Positions 35,709-45,300 of a stretch of 64,000 nt of DNA are shown here, piece by piece. Source of the stretch: a virus. Its lineage: Duplodnaviria; Caudoviricetes. Each line of letters starts with the position of its first letter. Position 1 is the stretch's first letter. Where the stretch lies: positions 2,635-66,634 of IMG/VR virus record IMGVR_UViG_3300047561_000672. One strand, written 5' to 3'. Position numbers and translations under genes: made by a program. A model generated the notes under the pieces. The model was given only the letters and a program-made list of their open reading frames with translations. It ran no database searches and was not told where the DNA came from.

Positions 35709-35940
35709 TTTCAAGGTTGTTCCTTGGGACTTTGGAAGCTATTATGTGCCTAGCAGACGCAACCCCCATGAAGGATACATTGTTGATACCGATGAAAATC
35801 CTTGGACTTGCTGCTGCGATAGCTACATGTTCCGCCATGGGAAAGACCCGTCACACAAGTGTTGGCACATTCGCTATGTCGCAAAACTTTTGGGTGTAAA
35901 GTTGCACTCAAATACAACAACAACCAAAGAAAAAGTATGA
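35689..35940 (+). CDS. SWIM zinc-finger protein
   Basis: WTCCCDSY...CWHI (CxC-xn-CxH). Confidence 0.65.
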   Translation: MTIKHSSFKVVPWDFGSYYVPSRRNPHEGYIVDTDENPWTCCCDSYMFRHGKDPSHKCWHIRYVAKLLGVKLHSNTTTTKEKV

Positions 35941-36116
35941 AAAAATCAGCACAACAAAAAAAGATCGGTAAAGTAATGAAGGAATACGTGGCTGGAAAGC
36001 TCCATGGTGGGATCAATCCCAAGGGACCAAAGAAGGCTCCCATCGTCAAGAATCGCAAGCAAGCAGTAGCTATTGCAATGTCTATGGCGGGGATGAAGAA
36101 AAAGAAGAGCAAGTAA
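35937..36116 (+). CDS. small basic protein (DUF6496-like)
   Basis: KIGKVMKEY..GKLH.G...G...VKNRKQAVAIAMS. Confidence 0.7.
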   Translation: MKKSAQQKKIGKVMKEYVAGKLHGGINPKGPKKAPIVKNRKQAVAIAMSMAGMKKKKSK

Positions 36117-36167
36117 CACTTGGAGCGGGGTCCATCTGCCAGTGGTGGCCCCGCTCTCTTCTACGCA

Positions 36168-37043
36168 GTGAAAATCACCAACATATATCGTCTCCCGCAG
36201 CCTTTTGTGGATCTGGTTAGCGAAGACTCGTACAACAAGGGAGAGGCTCAATACTCCACAACTCAGCTTATCGGTCCGCCAAAAGTGAGCGAGTTGCTTC
36301 GCCGCCATGGGGATAAACTCTCAATCGACGCCTCGGAGAAAGTGTGGACAATGAGCGGTACCGCTAAACATTGGATCTTGGAGCAGATCGCAAAACGCAA
36401 CCCCGCCCGATATATTGCCGAACAGAGGTTCTACATGGACGTAGACGGCATCAAGGTTGGAGGACAGATCGACCTTTTTGACAAACAGACAGAGTGCCTC
36501 CATGACTTTAAAGAAACCAGCGTCTGGAAGGCCATGAGTGATGATAGATTTGAATGGATAGCTCAAGGGTCGATTAACAAACTTCTCTGTGAGATGAATG
36601 GAATCAATCCAAAGAAAGTCTCCAACATCCTCATTATGAAGGACTGGAAGATGAGGGAATCCAAGTATAAACAGGATTACCCACCTTGTGCTGTAAAAGA
36701 GGTGGAGCTTGACTTTTGGGGGCCAGAGGAGACATTGGCCTACATCAAATCAAGGATTGCAGCCCACGAGGGCGCAAAGAACACAACCAACGACGATGAG
36801 ATCCAGCACTGCACAGAGAAAGAACGATGGAGAAAGGACGACAGCTATGCCGTCCTCAAAGACAAAAAAGCAAAACGAGCGGTACCAAATGGGATTCACG
36901 AAGACAGACGTTCTGCTGAAACACACGCCCAGAAAATCGGAGGTGTTGTTGAGGAGCGGCTTGGGGAAGATATTCGTTGCCAAAACTACTGCAAGTGTAG
37001 AAGCTATTGCAACTACGGGAGAACACTAAAAACGGAGGAATAA
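36168..37043 (+). CDS. Cas4-like PD-(D/E)XK exonuclease
   Basis: YSTTQL, GTAKH, AEQRF, GQIDL, DFKET, plus Cys cluster (C...C..YC.C..YC); GTG start after hairpin 36123-36155. Confidence 0.75.
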   Translation: MKITNIYRLPQPFVDLVSEDSYNKGEAQYSTTQLIGPPKVSELLRRHGDKLSIDASEKVWTMSGTAKHWILEQIAKRNPARYIAEQRFYMDVDGIKVGGQIDLFDKQTECLHDFKETSVWKAMSDDRFEWIAQGSINKLLCEMNGINPKKVSNILIMKDWKMRESKYKQDYPPCAVKEVELDFWGPEETLAYIKSRIAAHEGAKNTTNDDEIQHCTEKERWRKDDSYAVLKDKKAKRAVPNGIHEDRRSAETHAQKIGGVVEERLGEDIRCQNYCKCRSYCNYGRTLKTEE

Positions 37044-37044
37044 T

Positions 37045-37302
37045 ATGAGCATTGAATACAGAGGTGAAAAGTTTGCTGGGTATAACAAACCAAAAAGAAC
37101 AAGTGGCGGTAATAAGAAGTTTGCCGTCCTTGCTAAACAAGGTGATCAGGTGAAGCTGGTGCGTTTCGGTGACCCAACGATGCCTATCAAAAAGAACCAA
37201 CCAGCTAATAAGAAGAGTTATTGCGCTAGGTCTGGCGGAATCAAGGGAACCAATAATAAACTGTCGGCCAATTGGTGGAGCCGAAAAAAATGGGAATGCT
37301 GA
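37045..37302 (+). CDS. small basic phage protein
   Basis: GYNKPKRT...KKFAVLAK.G..VKLVRFGD..M...K.KSYCAR...SANWWS..KW, a family I recognise from aquatic phages. Confidence 0.7.
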   Translation: MSIEYRGEKFAGYNKPKRTSGGNKKFAVLAKQGDQVKLVRFGDPTMPIKKNQPANKKSYCARSGGIKGTNNKLSANWWSRKKWEC

Positions 37303-37305
37303 TAT

Positions 37306-37446
37306 ATGAAAAAGGGACTCTACGACAACATTAATAAACGCAAGAAAGCTGGCACAAGCCGCCCGAAATCAAAGTCCACCATTGACTCCAAAGTCTATAA
37401 ACAAATGAAGTCAAAAAAGGGTGGGTTCTCTGATAAGAAGAAGTAG
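37306..37446 (+). CDS. small Lys-rich protein (46 aa, not in ORF track)
   Basis: Read manually: MKKGLYDNINKRKKAGTSRPKSKSTIDSKVYKQMKSKKGGFSDKKK. Confidence 0.65.
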   Translation: MKKGLYDNINKRKKAGTSRPKSKSTIDSKVYKQMKSKKGGFSDKKK

Positions 37447-37455
37447 AGCTATTAA

Positions 37456-38241
37456 GTGACGCTTAATATCTTCACGATAGTGCTGGATGGTGCGCCTTGG
37501 TTGGGGGCACAGTTTGCCGAACTGACTCGGCTTAGAGACATCAAGTGGCATTGGTCCATTGTTGAGGGTGCCTCCATGGCGCAGAAGGATACCTCATGGA
37601 TGGCCAATCAGGGTAACAAGATCTCCCACGATGGCACCCACCAGTTGCTCCAGTCGTTTGCCAACCACCCAAGGATCACCGTTAAAAGCAAACCCACTTG
37701 GGACGGGAAGACAGAAATGATCAACGCCGCCCTAACATCCTTCAAGAACGATGGGGTGCTACTTCAAATGGATTGTGATGAGTTGTGGACATCAAAACAG
37801 ATGGCAACCCTAGTGGGTATGTTTGAAGGAAACATCCAACTCTCCACCCTTCAGGTATCGATGGACTACATGGTCGGTCCCAACGTAATAGCAACCTCAA
37901 CCAACGGTTATGGAAATAGAGATTCAGAGTGGGTGCGGGCTTGGAGGTATGGCACTGGAATGTGGATGGAGTGCCATGAACCACCAGTATTCAACGGTAA
38001 TGGAGGGAGAGTTTATAGCCGAGACGATGCATACCGATGGCTTGGAAAGATCCTCCATATGTCATGGGTTACCCCACAACAAGTCGCACAGAAACAACGA
38101 ATTTATGGAAAGCCATACGCTAAAGCTATAGATAACTGGCTATCGTTGCAGAACAATACCAATTGGCCCGTTAATGACCTTCAGCAATTTCTTCCTTGGG
38201 TTGGGTCTGGAGGATCTGCCGATTTGTTATTCAAGGACTAA
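37456..38241 (+). CDS. GT-A (GT2-like) glycosyltransferase
   Basis: N-terminal IFTIVLDG, IVEG, LLQMDCDELW DxD motif, ILHMSW. Confidence 0.65.
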   Translation: MTLNIFTIVLDGAPWLGAQFAELTRLRDIKWHWSIVEGASMAQKDTSWMANQGNKISHDGTHQLLQSFANHPRITVKSKPTWDGKTEMINAALTSFKNDGVLLQMDCDELWTSKQMATLVGMFEGNIQLSTLQVSMDYMVGPNVIATSTNGYGNRDSEWVRAWRYGTGMWMECHEPPVFNGNGGRVYSRDDAYRWLGKILHMSWVTPQQVAQKQRIYGKPYAKAIDNWLSLQNNTNWPVNDLQQFLPWVGSGGSADLLFKD

Positions 38242-38248
38242 TACAATC

Positions 38249-38277
38249 TTGACCGATAGTGGGTTAAATGGTATTAA
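38249..38277 (+). promoter_or_regulatory. sigma70-like promoter
   Basis: TTGACC-N17-TATTAA with TG extension. Confidence 0.55.
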
Positions 38278-38286
38278 TTGACCCAA

Positions 38287-39261
38287 ATGTCCAATCTGAC
38301 CCTTGGTTTATGCGTTGAGAGGCTTCCCGCCTCTGTTGTACCCCAGCCCGATCCGCCCGATCTGGCAGGATTTGACGCACAGACTGAACTCCGCAACAAC
38401 ATTAATCGACTCCTTGAGAGATTCGTCAACGAGGGGAAGTGGGTTGGAACGGTGGTGCAGGCATCAATCACAGCATACGAGGACACCAATTTAAATAAGT
38501 TCATCACCCTTCCTCGCCACCTTGAGACATGTATTCGGGCTGGCAAGGCTGGGTATCAAACCCGTTCCGTACAGAGTGAGTGGTACCAGTACCTCCCACA
38601 AGGACGGGGAATTAGAAAATCAGATCAAGCGTACAATGGACCTGTACAGGATATGGGTACTGGATTCACAACATTTCGGGATCTAACCACCGCTTCAACG
38701 CTAACATTGAGCAGCAGCCAAACAGAGTGCACTGGAAGTTATATCTGGATTCGTGGCAAGGATGCCAATGGAGACAAGATCTTCTCTACGGTTGATGGAA
38801 ATGTTGTGGAAGGGATTCGCCTCGACCTTGGAAGTGGAACCCAAACCACCTCTCAGACGTTTGGCGAGATTTACTCTGTAGAAAAAACGGTCACCACAGG
38901 AATCATTACTCTTGCGGCAGGAGTCACTACACTCGCTAAGTACGAAGCTGGAGAGAGGGTAATTAACTATCGTCGTTACATGGTAGATAAAAATTGGGAC
39001 GCCGCACAGGGAATGTTTAAACGTGTCCATTGCTGGGCTACATCAGACAACGACCCGCTTTATCCCGACTGTCTTGAGGCCATTAAACTCGGACTCATTG
39101 CCATCAACGCAGAGGAAAAGGGGGATGTTGAGCGGGGTCAGTATTTCATGGACCGAGCGATTCTACTTCTAAACGCAGAACTTAAAGAATACAACTCTGG
39201 TCAGGAGGGCACCATGCAGCCCGCCCCTTGGTTAACCAGAACAATGATCAATATGAGGTAA
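38287..39261 (+). CDS. putative head-tail adaptor / tail tubular protein
   Basis: Helical N- and C-termini around a beta core; first gene before ejection-type proteins. Confidence 0.5.
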   Translation: MSNLTLGLCVERLPASVVPQPDPPDLAGFDAQTELRNNINRLLERFVNEGKWVGTVVQASITAYEDTNLNKFITLPRHLETCIRAGKAGYQTRSVQSEWYQYLPQGRGIRKSDQAYNGPVQDMGTGFTTFRDLTTASTLTLSSSQTECTGSYIWIRGKDANGDKIFSTVDGNVVEGIRLDLGSGTQTTSQTFGEIYSVEKTVTTGIITLAAGVTTLAKYEAGERVINYRRYMVDKNWDAAQGMFKRVHCWATSDNDPLYPDCLEAIKLGLIAINAEEKGDVERGQYFMDRAILLLNAELKEYNSGQEGTMQPAPWLTRTMINMR

Positions 39262-39265
39262 TACT

Positions 39266-39961
39266 ATGGCAATGTCTCTTCCACCCGGAGCTTACTTTCA
39301 GCCCAATCCCAACTACAGGCCGTCCCCACAGGCTCAGGCTCCTCAACCAACGGCCCAACAAACCTTTGAGCAAACGCAAGCCGAGCGTCTTCGGCAGCAG
39401 AGGGAGAAACAGCTTGCAGATATGGAATTCCAGTCTCAACAAACTGGATTGGCATCGGCACAAACTGGACTGACATCAAATCAATTGTCGTTGAGTGAGC
39501 AACAGGCACTTTCCAAGCCTATGCTATCGGCAAAGACTGCTGGTTATGGGCTTGATGAACTCAAGGCAACCTATGGAAAGTCCCAGCTTCAAGAGGAGAT
39601 GGATAGATGGAACGCCAACGCTGGGTTCAGGCGTCAGCAACAATCATTTGAAGATCAATATGCCAAAGAGAATTGGCCGCAACAGCAACAGATGTACAAA
39701 CAGAAAATGGCTATGGAGCAACAAAAATTGTCCCTCCAGCAAGGTATGATGAATCAGATGTCTGGAATGCTTGGCGGTAATACCAACAGCTTTGGATCGG
39801 GTAATTTTGGAGCTGGCGGGTTTGGTTCAAGCAACTACGGATCAATGAATCGCAATGCCAATCCAGCGTCCAATTGGATGAAAACTGGTTATGCGGGAAG
39901 CCCGCTTGCAACCAGCCCGCTTGCCACCTCATCTTGGTCAACACCCAAACTCCCAGTTTAA
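39266..39961 (+). CDS. internal virion (ejection/pilot-like) protein
   Basis: Q/G/S-rich low-complexity helical protein. Confidence 0.5.
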   Translation: MAMSLPPGAYFQPNPNYRPSPQAQAPQPTAQQTFEQTQAERLRQQREKQLADMEFQSQQTGLASAQTGLTSNQLSLSEQQALSKPMLSAKTAGYGLDELKATYGKSQLQEEMDRWNANAGFRRQQQSFEDQYAKENWPQQQQMYKQKMAMEQQKLSLQQGMMNQMSGMLGGNTNSFGSGNFGAGGFGSSNYGSMNRNANPASNWMKTGYAGSPLATSPLATSSWSTPKLPV

Positions 39962-39967
39962 TATTCT

Positions 39968-40603
39968 ATGGCATCCCCTGATTATAGACAGACTCCATAC
40001 TCTCCAGATTGGATCGAAGGCGCATCTCAAGTTGATACTATGTATAAACGTGGCATAGGAGATCTTGGAGACATGTGGACATTTGATGAGTCTGGAAGCC
40101 CAAAACTAAGGGCTGGCACCGTAGATGGTAAAAAAGTGGTACCAGTTCCTGCTGGATCGTTTTCACGACAAGAATACAGGAAGGAGCTTGATAGAATCAG
40201 GTCCGAGGGAGGTATTCCAGTGGAGGCTCCAGAGAAATTCACACGAGGCAAGGGAACATCTGAAATGGATCGTGTTGAAGGCCTTTACAATGAAAAGGGT
40301 CAATCGATGGGAACCATGGTTGGGCGTGGATCTCATTCCGCAATAGGCCGAGGACAAAAGGGGACTGGCATTAGAACCGCACAAGATGATGCTCAATATG
40401 CCTATCGGCCCCCAAGCAATACAGTGTATCCACAACAACAATATTCGGGTCCGACTTGGCAGAACTCTGTTCCAATGTACCAAGGTCAAATGTCAGTTGG
40501 CCCGCAGCAAAAGGCTCCAGAATCATCATTTTGGAATCTTGCTCAAAACCAATCAGCAGCATTTCCAAGTTCACAGCCCAACTATTGGTCCAACTACTAT
40601 TGA
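39968..40603 (+). CDS. putative internal virion protein
   Basis: G/Q/P-rich disordered protein in ejection block. Confidence 0.45.
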   Translation: MASPDYRQTPYSPDWIEGASQVDTMYKRGIGDLGDMWTFDESGSPKLRAGTVDGKKVVPVPAGSFSRQEYRKELDRIRSEGGIPVEAPEKFTRGKGTSEMDRVEGLYNEKGQSMGTMVGRGSHSAIGRGQKGTGIRTAQDDAQYAYRPPSNTVYPQQQYSGPTWQNSVPMYQGQMSVGPQQKAPESSFWNLAQNQSAAFPSSQPNYWSNYY

Positions 40604-40606
40604 TTT

Positions 40607-42295
40607 ATGGCAAAGCCTCTAACATCTGAAGACATGTTCAGACTCAAGTCTGGATGGGGATCGTCGAGTGATCCAGCGCAACGTCAAAGGCTGGCCTCCG
40701 CTGGCTATTCTCCATTGACATCTGAAGAGAAGATGAGGGTTGAGCGGGGATGGGGTGCTTCTCCTCTAGCAAGCGTGGAAGATCAGAATGCCATGGTTGC
40801 GGCTGAAGTAAATGCTGGCAACAGAACATCGGCAGATCTCCCAGAAGCCTATGGAGGAATGCCCACGGGATCGACTCGCCGTGATATTCGCATGCGTGAT
40901 GAGTGGGTGAAGCGACAGGCGATTATTGACAGAGATGAGCAGGCAAAGCGTGAGGCAATTCAAGCGCAAGCTGAAAGACAACGCCAAGACGAGGCGGATA
41001 AACGCGCAGAAGAATCCCACTTTTACTCCACAGAAAGATCCAAAATTGAATTGGCCAATGCTCAAAAGGCTCAAGTTCTTTCGGAAAAAACAGCAGCACA
41101 AGAACAACTTGAAGTTGCCAATATTCTCAATGTGTTGGGCACATTGGATTTTAAAGGCAACCCACAGGAAGCACAAGCCGCCATGGATAAGGTGTTGGGA
41201 GACAACTCAACTGGAGCCAACAGTAATCAGATCAAGGGTGCTGTTGAAAACTACAGAAAAATAGCACAAGGCTATGCAGTGCCAATTCAGCAACAGGAGT
41301 ACATAACAGCAATGGAAGTATCCAAGCGCAGTGGTAGGCCATTCTCTGACTTTGTCACATTCAATGATGTTGGTGAAAAGACGGTCAATCGTGAGGCAAT
41401 TGCACTTGCTCAAACTGATATTAACATGGCAGCAGAACGCGAGGCCAAGAAAGCCCCTCAAATTGATAGACTCAATCGTGAGATTGGCGATCTTTCAGCA
41501 GAACTCACAGGTGCAACAAGTGCGGTGGCTGGAGAAAATCAAAATTATGAGGAAGCCGCAAAAGCACGTGTTAGGATTCCAGAACTACAATCAAAACTAG
41601 ATAATAGACGCAGGGAGTTTGATCTACTTACCCTGCCTCGTATCAACTCTCCAGAAGAATTGAAGAAACTTGTTGACGAAAAACAAATAAGATCTGGAGA
41701 TAGATTCATTGGAAGCGATGGAGAAGCGGTAACTTATACCGAGCGGTCAACTCCATCAACTGCTCCGACTTCTGCTGGCACACTTGCGGAGCCTACTGTA
41801 ACGCCATCACAGGCCGCTCCTCCGACAACCAACCCCGCTACACAAGCCGCGCCATCACCAACTCCACAGCAGTCAAGGGATCAAAAAATAAAACAATATG
41901 AAGCTGTTGTTAATGATCCCAATGCCGATTTTTTAACTAAAGCGGAAGCCAAAACTCAAATTGCAAACATTCAGCAACAAATTGAAAGTGAAAATGCATC
42001 AGCACCAAAGCTGAAAGAGGCCGCTGCTAGGTCTACAATGCAAACATCTAGTGCGGCATCAGTGGCAAGTCTTCAGGGTGAATTGAATAAATATTATGAT
42101 GTTCTGTTTGACAAGGGTTCATTCAATCCCTCAACAGGAACACCAATGGCAGCAAAAGCTGGAATTGATAAAGACACATTGAAACAGGGGCTGCAAAAGA
42201 TAGCATCAATTCGCACCGAGCTTGGCGAAGATCCAAAAACAATTCAATTGGAACTTGAGCAAATTTACTCGCAAGCACTTCGTTCTATGCGATAA
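40607..42295 (+). CDS. internal virion protein (coiled coil)
   Basis: 562 aa, A/Q/E-rich helical, precedes the giant protein. Confidence 0.55.
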   Translation: MAKPLTSEDMFRLKSGWGSSSDPAQRQRLASAGYSPLTSEEKMRVERGWGASPLASVEDQNAMVAAEVNAGNRTSADLPEAYGGMPTGSTRRDIRMRDEWVKRQAIIDRDEQAKREAIQAQAERQRQDEADKRAEESHFYSTERSKIELANAQKAQVLSEKTAAQEQLEVANILNVLGTLDFKGNPQEAQAAMDKVLGDNSTGANSNQIKGAVENYRKIAQGYAVPIQQQEYITAMEVSKRSGRPFSDFVTFNDVGEKTVNREAIALAQTDINMAAEREAKKAPQIDRLNREIGDLSAELTGATSAVAGENQNYEEAAKARVRIPELQSKLDNRRREFDLLTLPRINSPEELKKLVDEKQIRSGDRFIGSDGEAVTYTERSTPSTAPTSAGTLAEPTVTPSQAAPPTTNPATQAAPSPTPQQSRDQKIKQYEAVVNDPNADFLTKAEAKTQIANIQQQIESENASAPKLKEAAARSTMQTSSAASVASLQGELNKYYDVLFDKGSFNPSTGTPMAAKAGIDKDTLKQGLQKIASIRTELGEDPKTIQLELEQIYSQALRSMR

Positions 42296-42328
42296 TCTTT
42301 GGAGTCCCCAAAACAACAATCAAAATCA

Positions 42329-45300
42329 ATGGCAAATGAATGGTGGAGACCAGATTGGTTGGAGAAGGTGGCACCCTCATCGGATGCCAAGAAATATGTA
42401 TTGCTAGAACAGCAGCAGGCGAAACAACCAACTATTGATGGAGAAGATTGGTTGGCACCATACAGAGAAGAAGAGAGGCGAAGGAAGGCCGAGTCTACTA
42501 TTGATCAACCGTCTACACAAGCAATCTCAAGTGATACACCATCGGATCAATGGTTGGCACCATACAAAGAGGAAGAAAAACGTAGAAGGACTGAAGAAGC
42601 CAAGCGTTTTGAAATCCCGACCCAACAACCAGTTGAACAACCACCAGAAAGCAGTGGGTTTTTAAGACAGGCAGCAGATATCCCGACCAACATCGGGCTT
42701 GGAATTACATCTGGGTTAAAGAACCTCACCGATCTTCTTGGTGCTGAAAATCCACTATCCCAATCTCTTGCTGGCAATGAGAAGTTCTACAGCGCATTGC
42801 TTTCTGCTGAAGCGAAACAAGACCAGCAAACTATAGCAGAAATAATGAAGGAAGCGGAGGGAAAGGGAATCCTTCCTCAGATTGCTGCTGGTGTTCAGGC
42901 CGCTGCTGTTGCTCCCGTGGATCTTCTCTCCAATGCCCTTGGATCGATGGCACCGATCATTGTAGGCGGGCTTGCTGGCAGGTTTGCTGGTGTGGCTAGG
43001 GCAGCACAACTCGGTCTTAAAGCGGAGCAGGCGGCAAGCGTGGTTGCTGGCGGGATCAAGACTGGGCAGCTTGTTACTGGCATGGGGATGGGTGCTGGAA
43101 ACATCAAGAGTCAGATCTACGACTCGGTGAAGACCGCCATGGTTGATTCTGGCAAGACCGAGGAAGAAGCACAGAAGATCGCCACTGACGCACAGGCATA
43201 CAATGGGAAGAATCTCCCCCAGATCTTACTGGGTGCTGGACTTGGGGCACTTGATGCTTGGACTGGATCGGAACGAATTATTGGCAAGGTCATGGCCAAG
43301 AGCGGGCTTGCACCAGAGGCAAGTCGTATTGCATCGGTCATCAAGAGTGGGTTTACAGAAGCTGTTCCAGAGGCAGCACAGGCGGCACAAGAAAGAATTG
43401 CAGCCAATACAGCCCTCCAGAACGAGGGTGTAAATGTTGATCTTACCAAGGGAGTATTCAGTCAGGCGGCAATGGAGGGTCTTATCGGTATGGGCATGGG
43501 TGGTGTTACCGCCGCTATTGAGCCAAGGGTGGAGCCTACAGAAGATCAAAAGAAAGCCGCAGCTTCCGACACCAAGGACATCGCCCGCGAATCACAGTCG
43601 GTCACCCCTGCTACTTCATCATTGGTAGAGGCTCAGGCCAACACAATCCTTTCTACACCAAGAGAGCAGCCCAATGCTGATTTACAAACTCAGCTTGACC
43701 AACTTCTAAAACAAGAAAAAGCAATCAAGGATCTGGCTGCTGGGGTTATTCCAACTGAGAAAACGCCAACCACTACACCAGCACAAGATCCATTGGCCCG
43801 CATTGAAGAGCGTCAGGGAAAGCCAGTGGAGCCAGCCCCAGTTGCCCAAGGAACGCGCATTGAGGCCGCTGCCTTCATGGCTCCAGACAATACCGTGTAC
43901 TACGGGAAAGACCACCTTGAGGCCATGGGGAAAGCCCTCGAAGCTGGTAAGATCACTCAGGAGGAGATTGATGCCAAACAAGAGCCAGCCTCCCGCGAAA
44001 CAAAAGAGTTTGGATTTTCCACCGAGGCCGATCCATTTATTGGTCGTAGCCAAGCGGAAGTAGTTGCCACAGGGTCGGGGCAGATGCTGGTTGAGAAGCC
44101 CGCATCAGGACTCCTCCACAGTAATGAGGTGGCACAGGATGCTTTTCCGCAACAGAAGGTTGAGGCCGAGCAACCTCCAGTTGCTGAGCCAGTAAATGGC
44201 ATTCAGCCAACAACGGCTACTGTTCCAACTACAGAGCAGCAAGTACCAGCGCAACCTGCTGTTGCTCCAGAAGCCCGCCCTGTAGTCGCTACAGAAACAC
44301 TCAATCAGCGCGGAAAACAAGCAAACAAGATTCTTATTAATGCTGGTGTCGATCCAGAAACGGCAGCATATGTGGCCCAACAATATCAAGACGAAGCTGG
44401 AGAGATGGGGGCCGAAGAGTGGCGCAGTTTTGTTTTTGCAAAATTTGAGGAAAATGGGGGAGTCATTCCTGCTCAAATGCGCTACTCAGAAGATCCAGAG
44501 TACTATCAATTGGCTTTCAATAGTAGCCCACAAGAGACGGCAACAATGCTTGAAAATGCCAAGGCAGAAAATGCAAGAATGGCACAATCTGAATTGGAAC
44601 AAAATAAACAATGGAGGAGAAAAGATGGAAAACAAACTACCAAAGCCGAGCAAGGAATTGCTCCAGTTAAACCAGAAGCCCAAGGAGCAGTTGTCGCCAC
44701 AGGAGAAAAACCGCCTAGTCCAGCTATTACAGCAGGAGGGATTCCTGTCGCCGCCGCCGTCAAAGCCGCAGTAACACCACCTGTAGCAACTACTGTCGCG
44801 CCATCTCCCACCACTGCGGAGGTTAATGCGATAGTGGCTAAAGCTCAAAAGGAACGAGCGGCCAATACACTTCAAACAGGAATATTGTCACTTAAGCCAA
44901 AGTTCACAATTGGAAAAACAGTCAGGGCCGCTCTTAAATTTGCATCACGATTAAACTTTTCTCGCACAACAGAGAAGCAATCAAAGATGCAGGATATTGC
45001 TGCTATTCTGGCTAAGAGCGGATTTCCAGCATTGGACAATGAAGACATAGTAAGTCTTGCTTCACGTAACAGGCGCGGAAGGGCGATAAGATTTTTTGAA
45101 GGTGACATTGGAGTTCCATCAACAAAGTCAATAACCCTTAATACATTGGTACATGAATCTGCACATTCAATTACTGCTGACCAAATTAGAAAGTATGCAC
45201 CAAGAGGTATTGGTGATGGCAAGGCATACATTGACAGTATAAGGGGTGCAATAGCAGATAAGGCTACTCCAGAACCTGTTGCCCGTTTGTTCTCATTGTA

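Noticed and set aside
36168-37043. Cas4 as evidence of a CRISPR-Cas system
   Set aside because: Solo Cas4-like exonucleases are common phage recombination nucleases; no cas1/cas2 or array present
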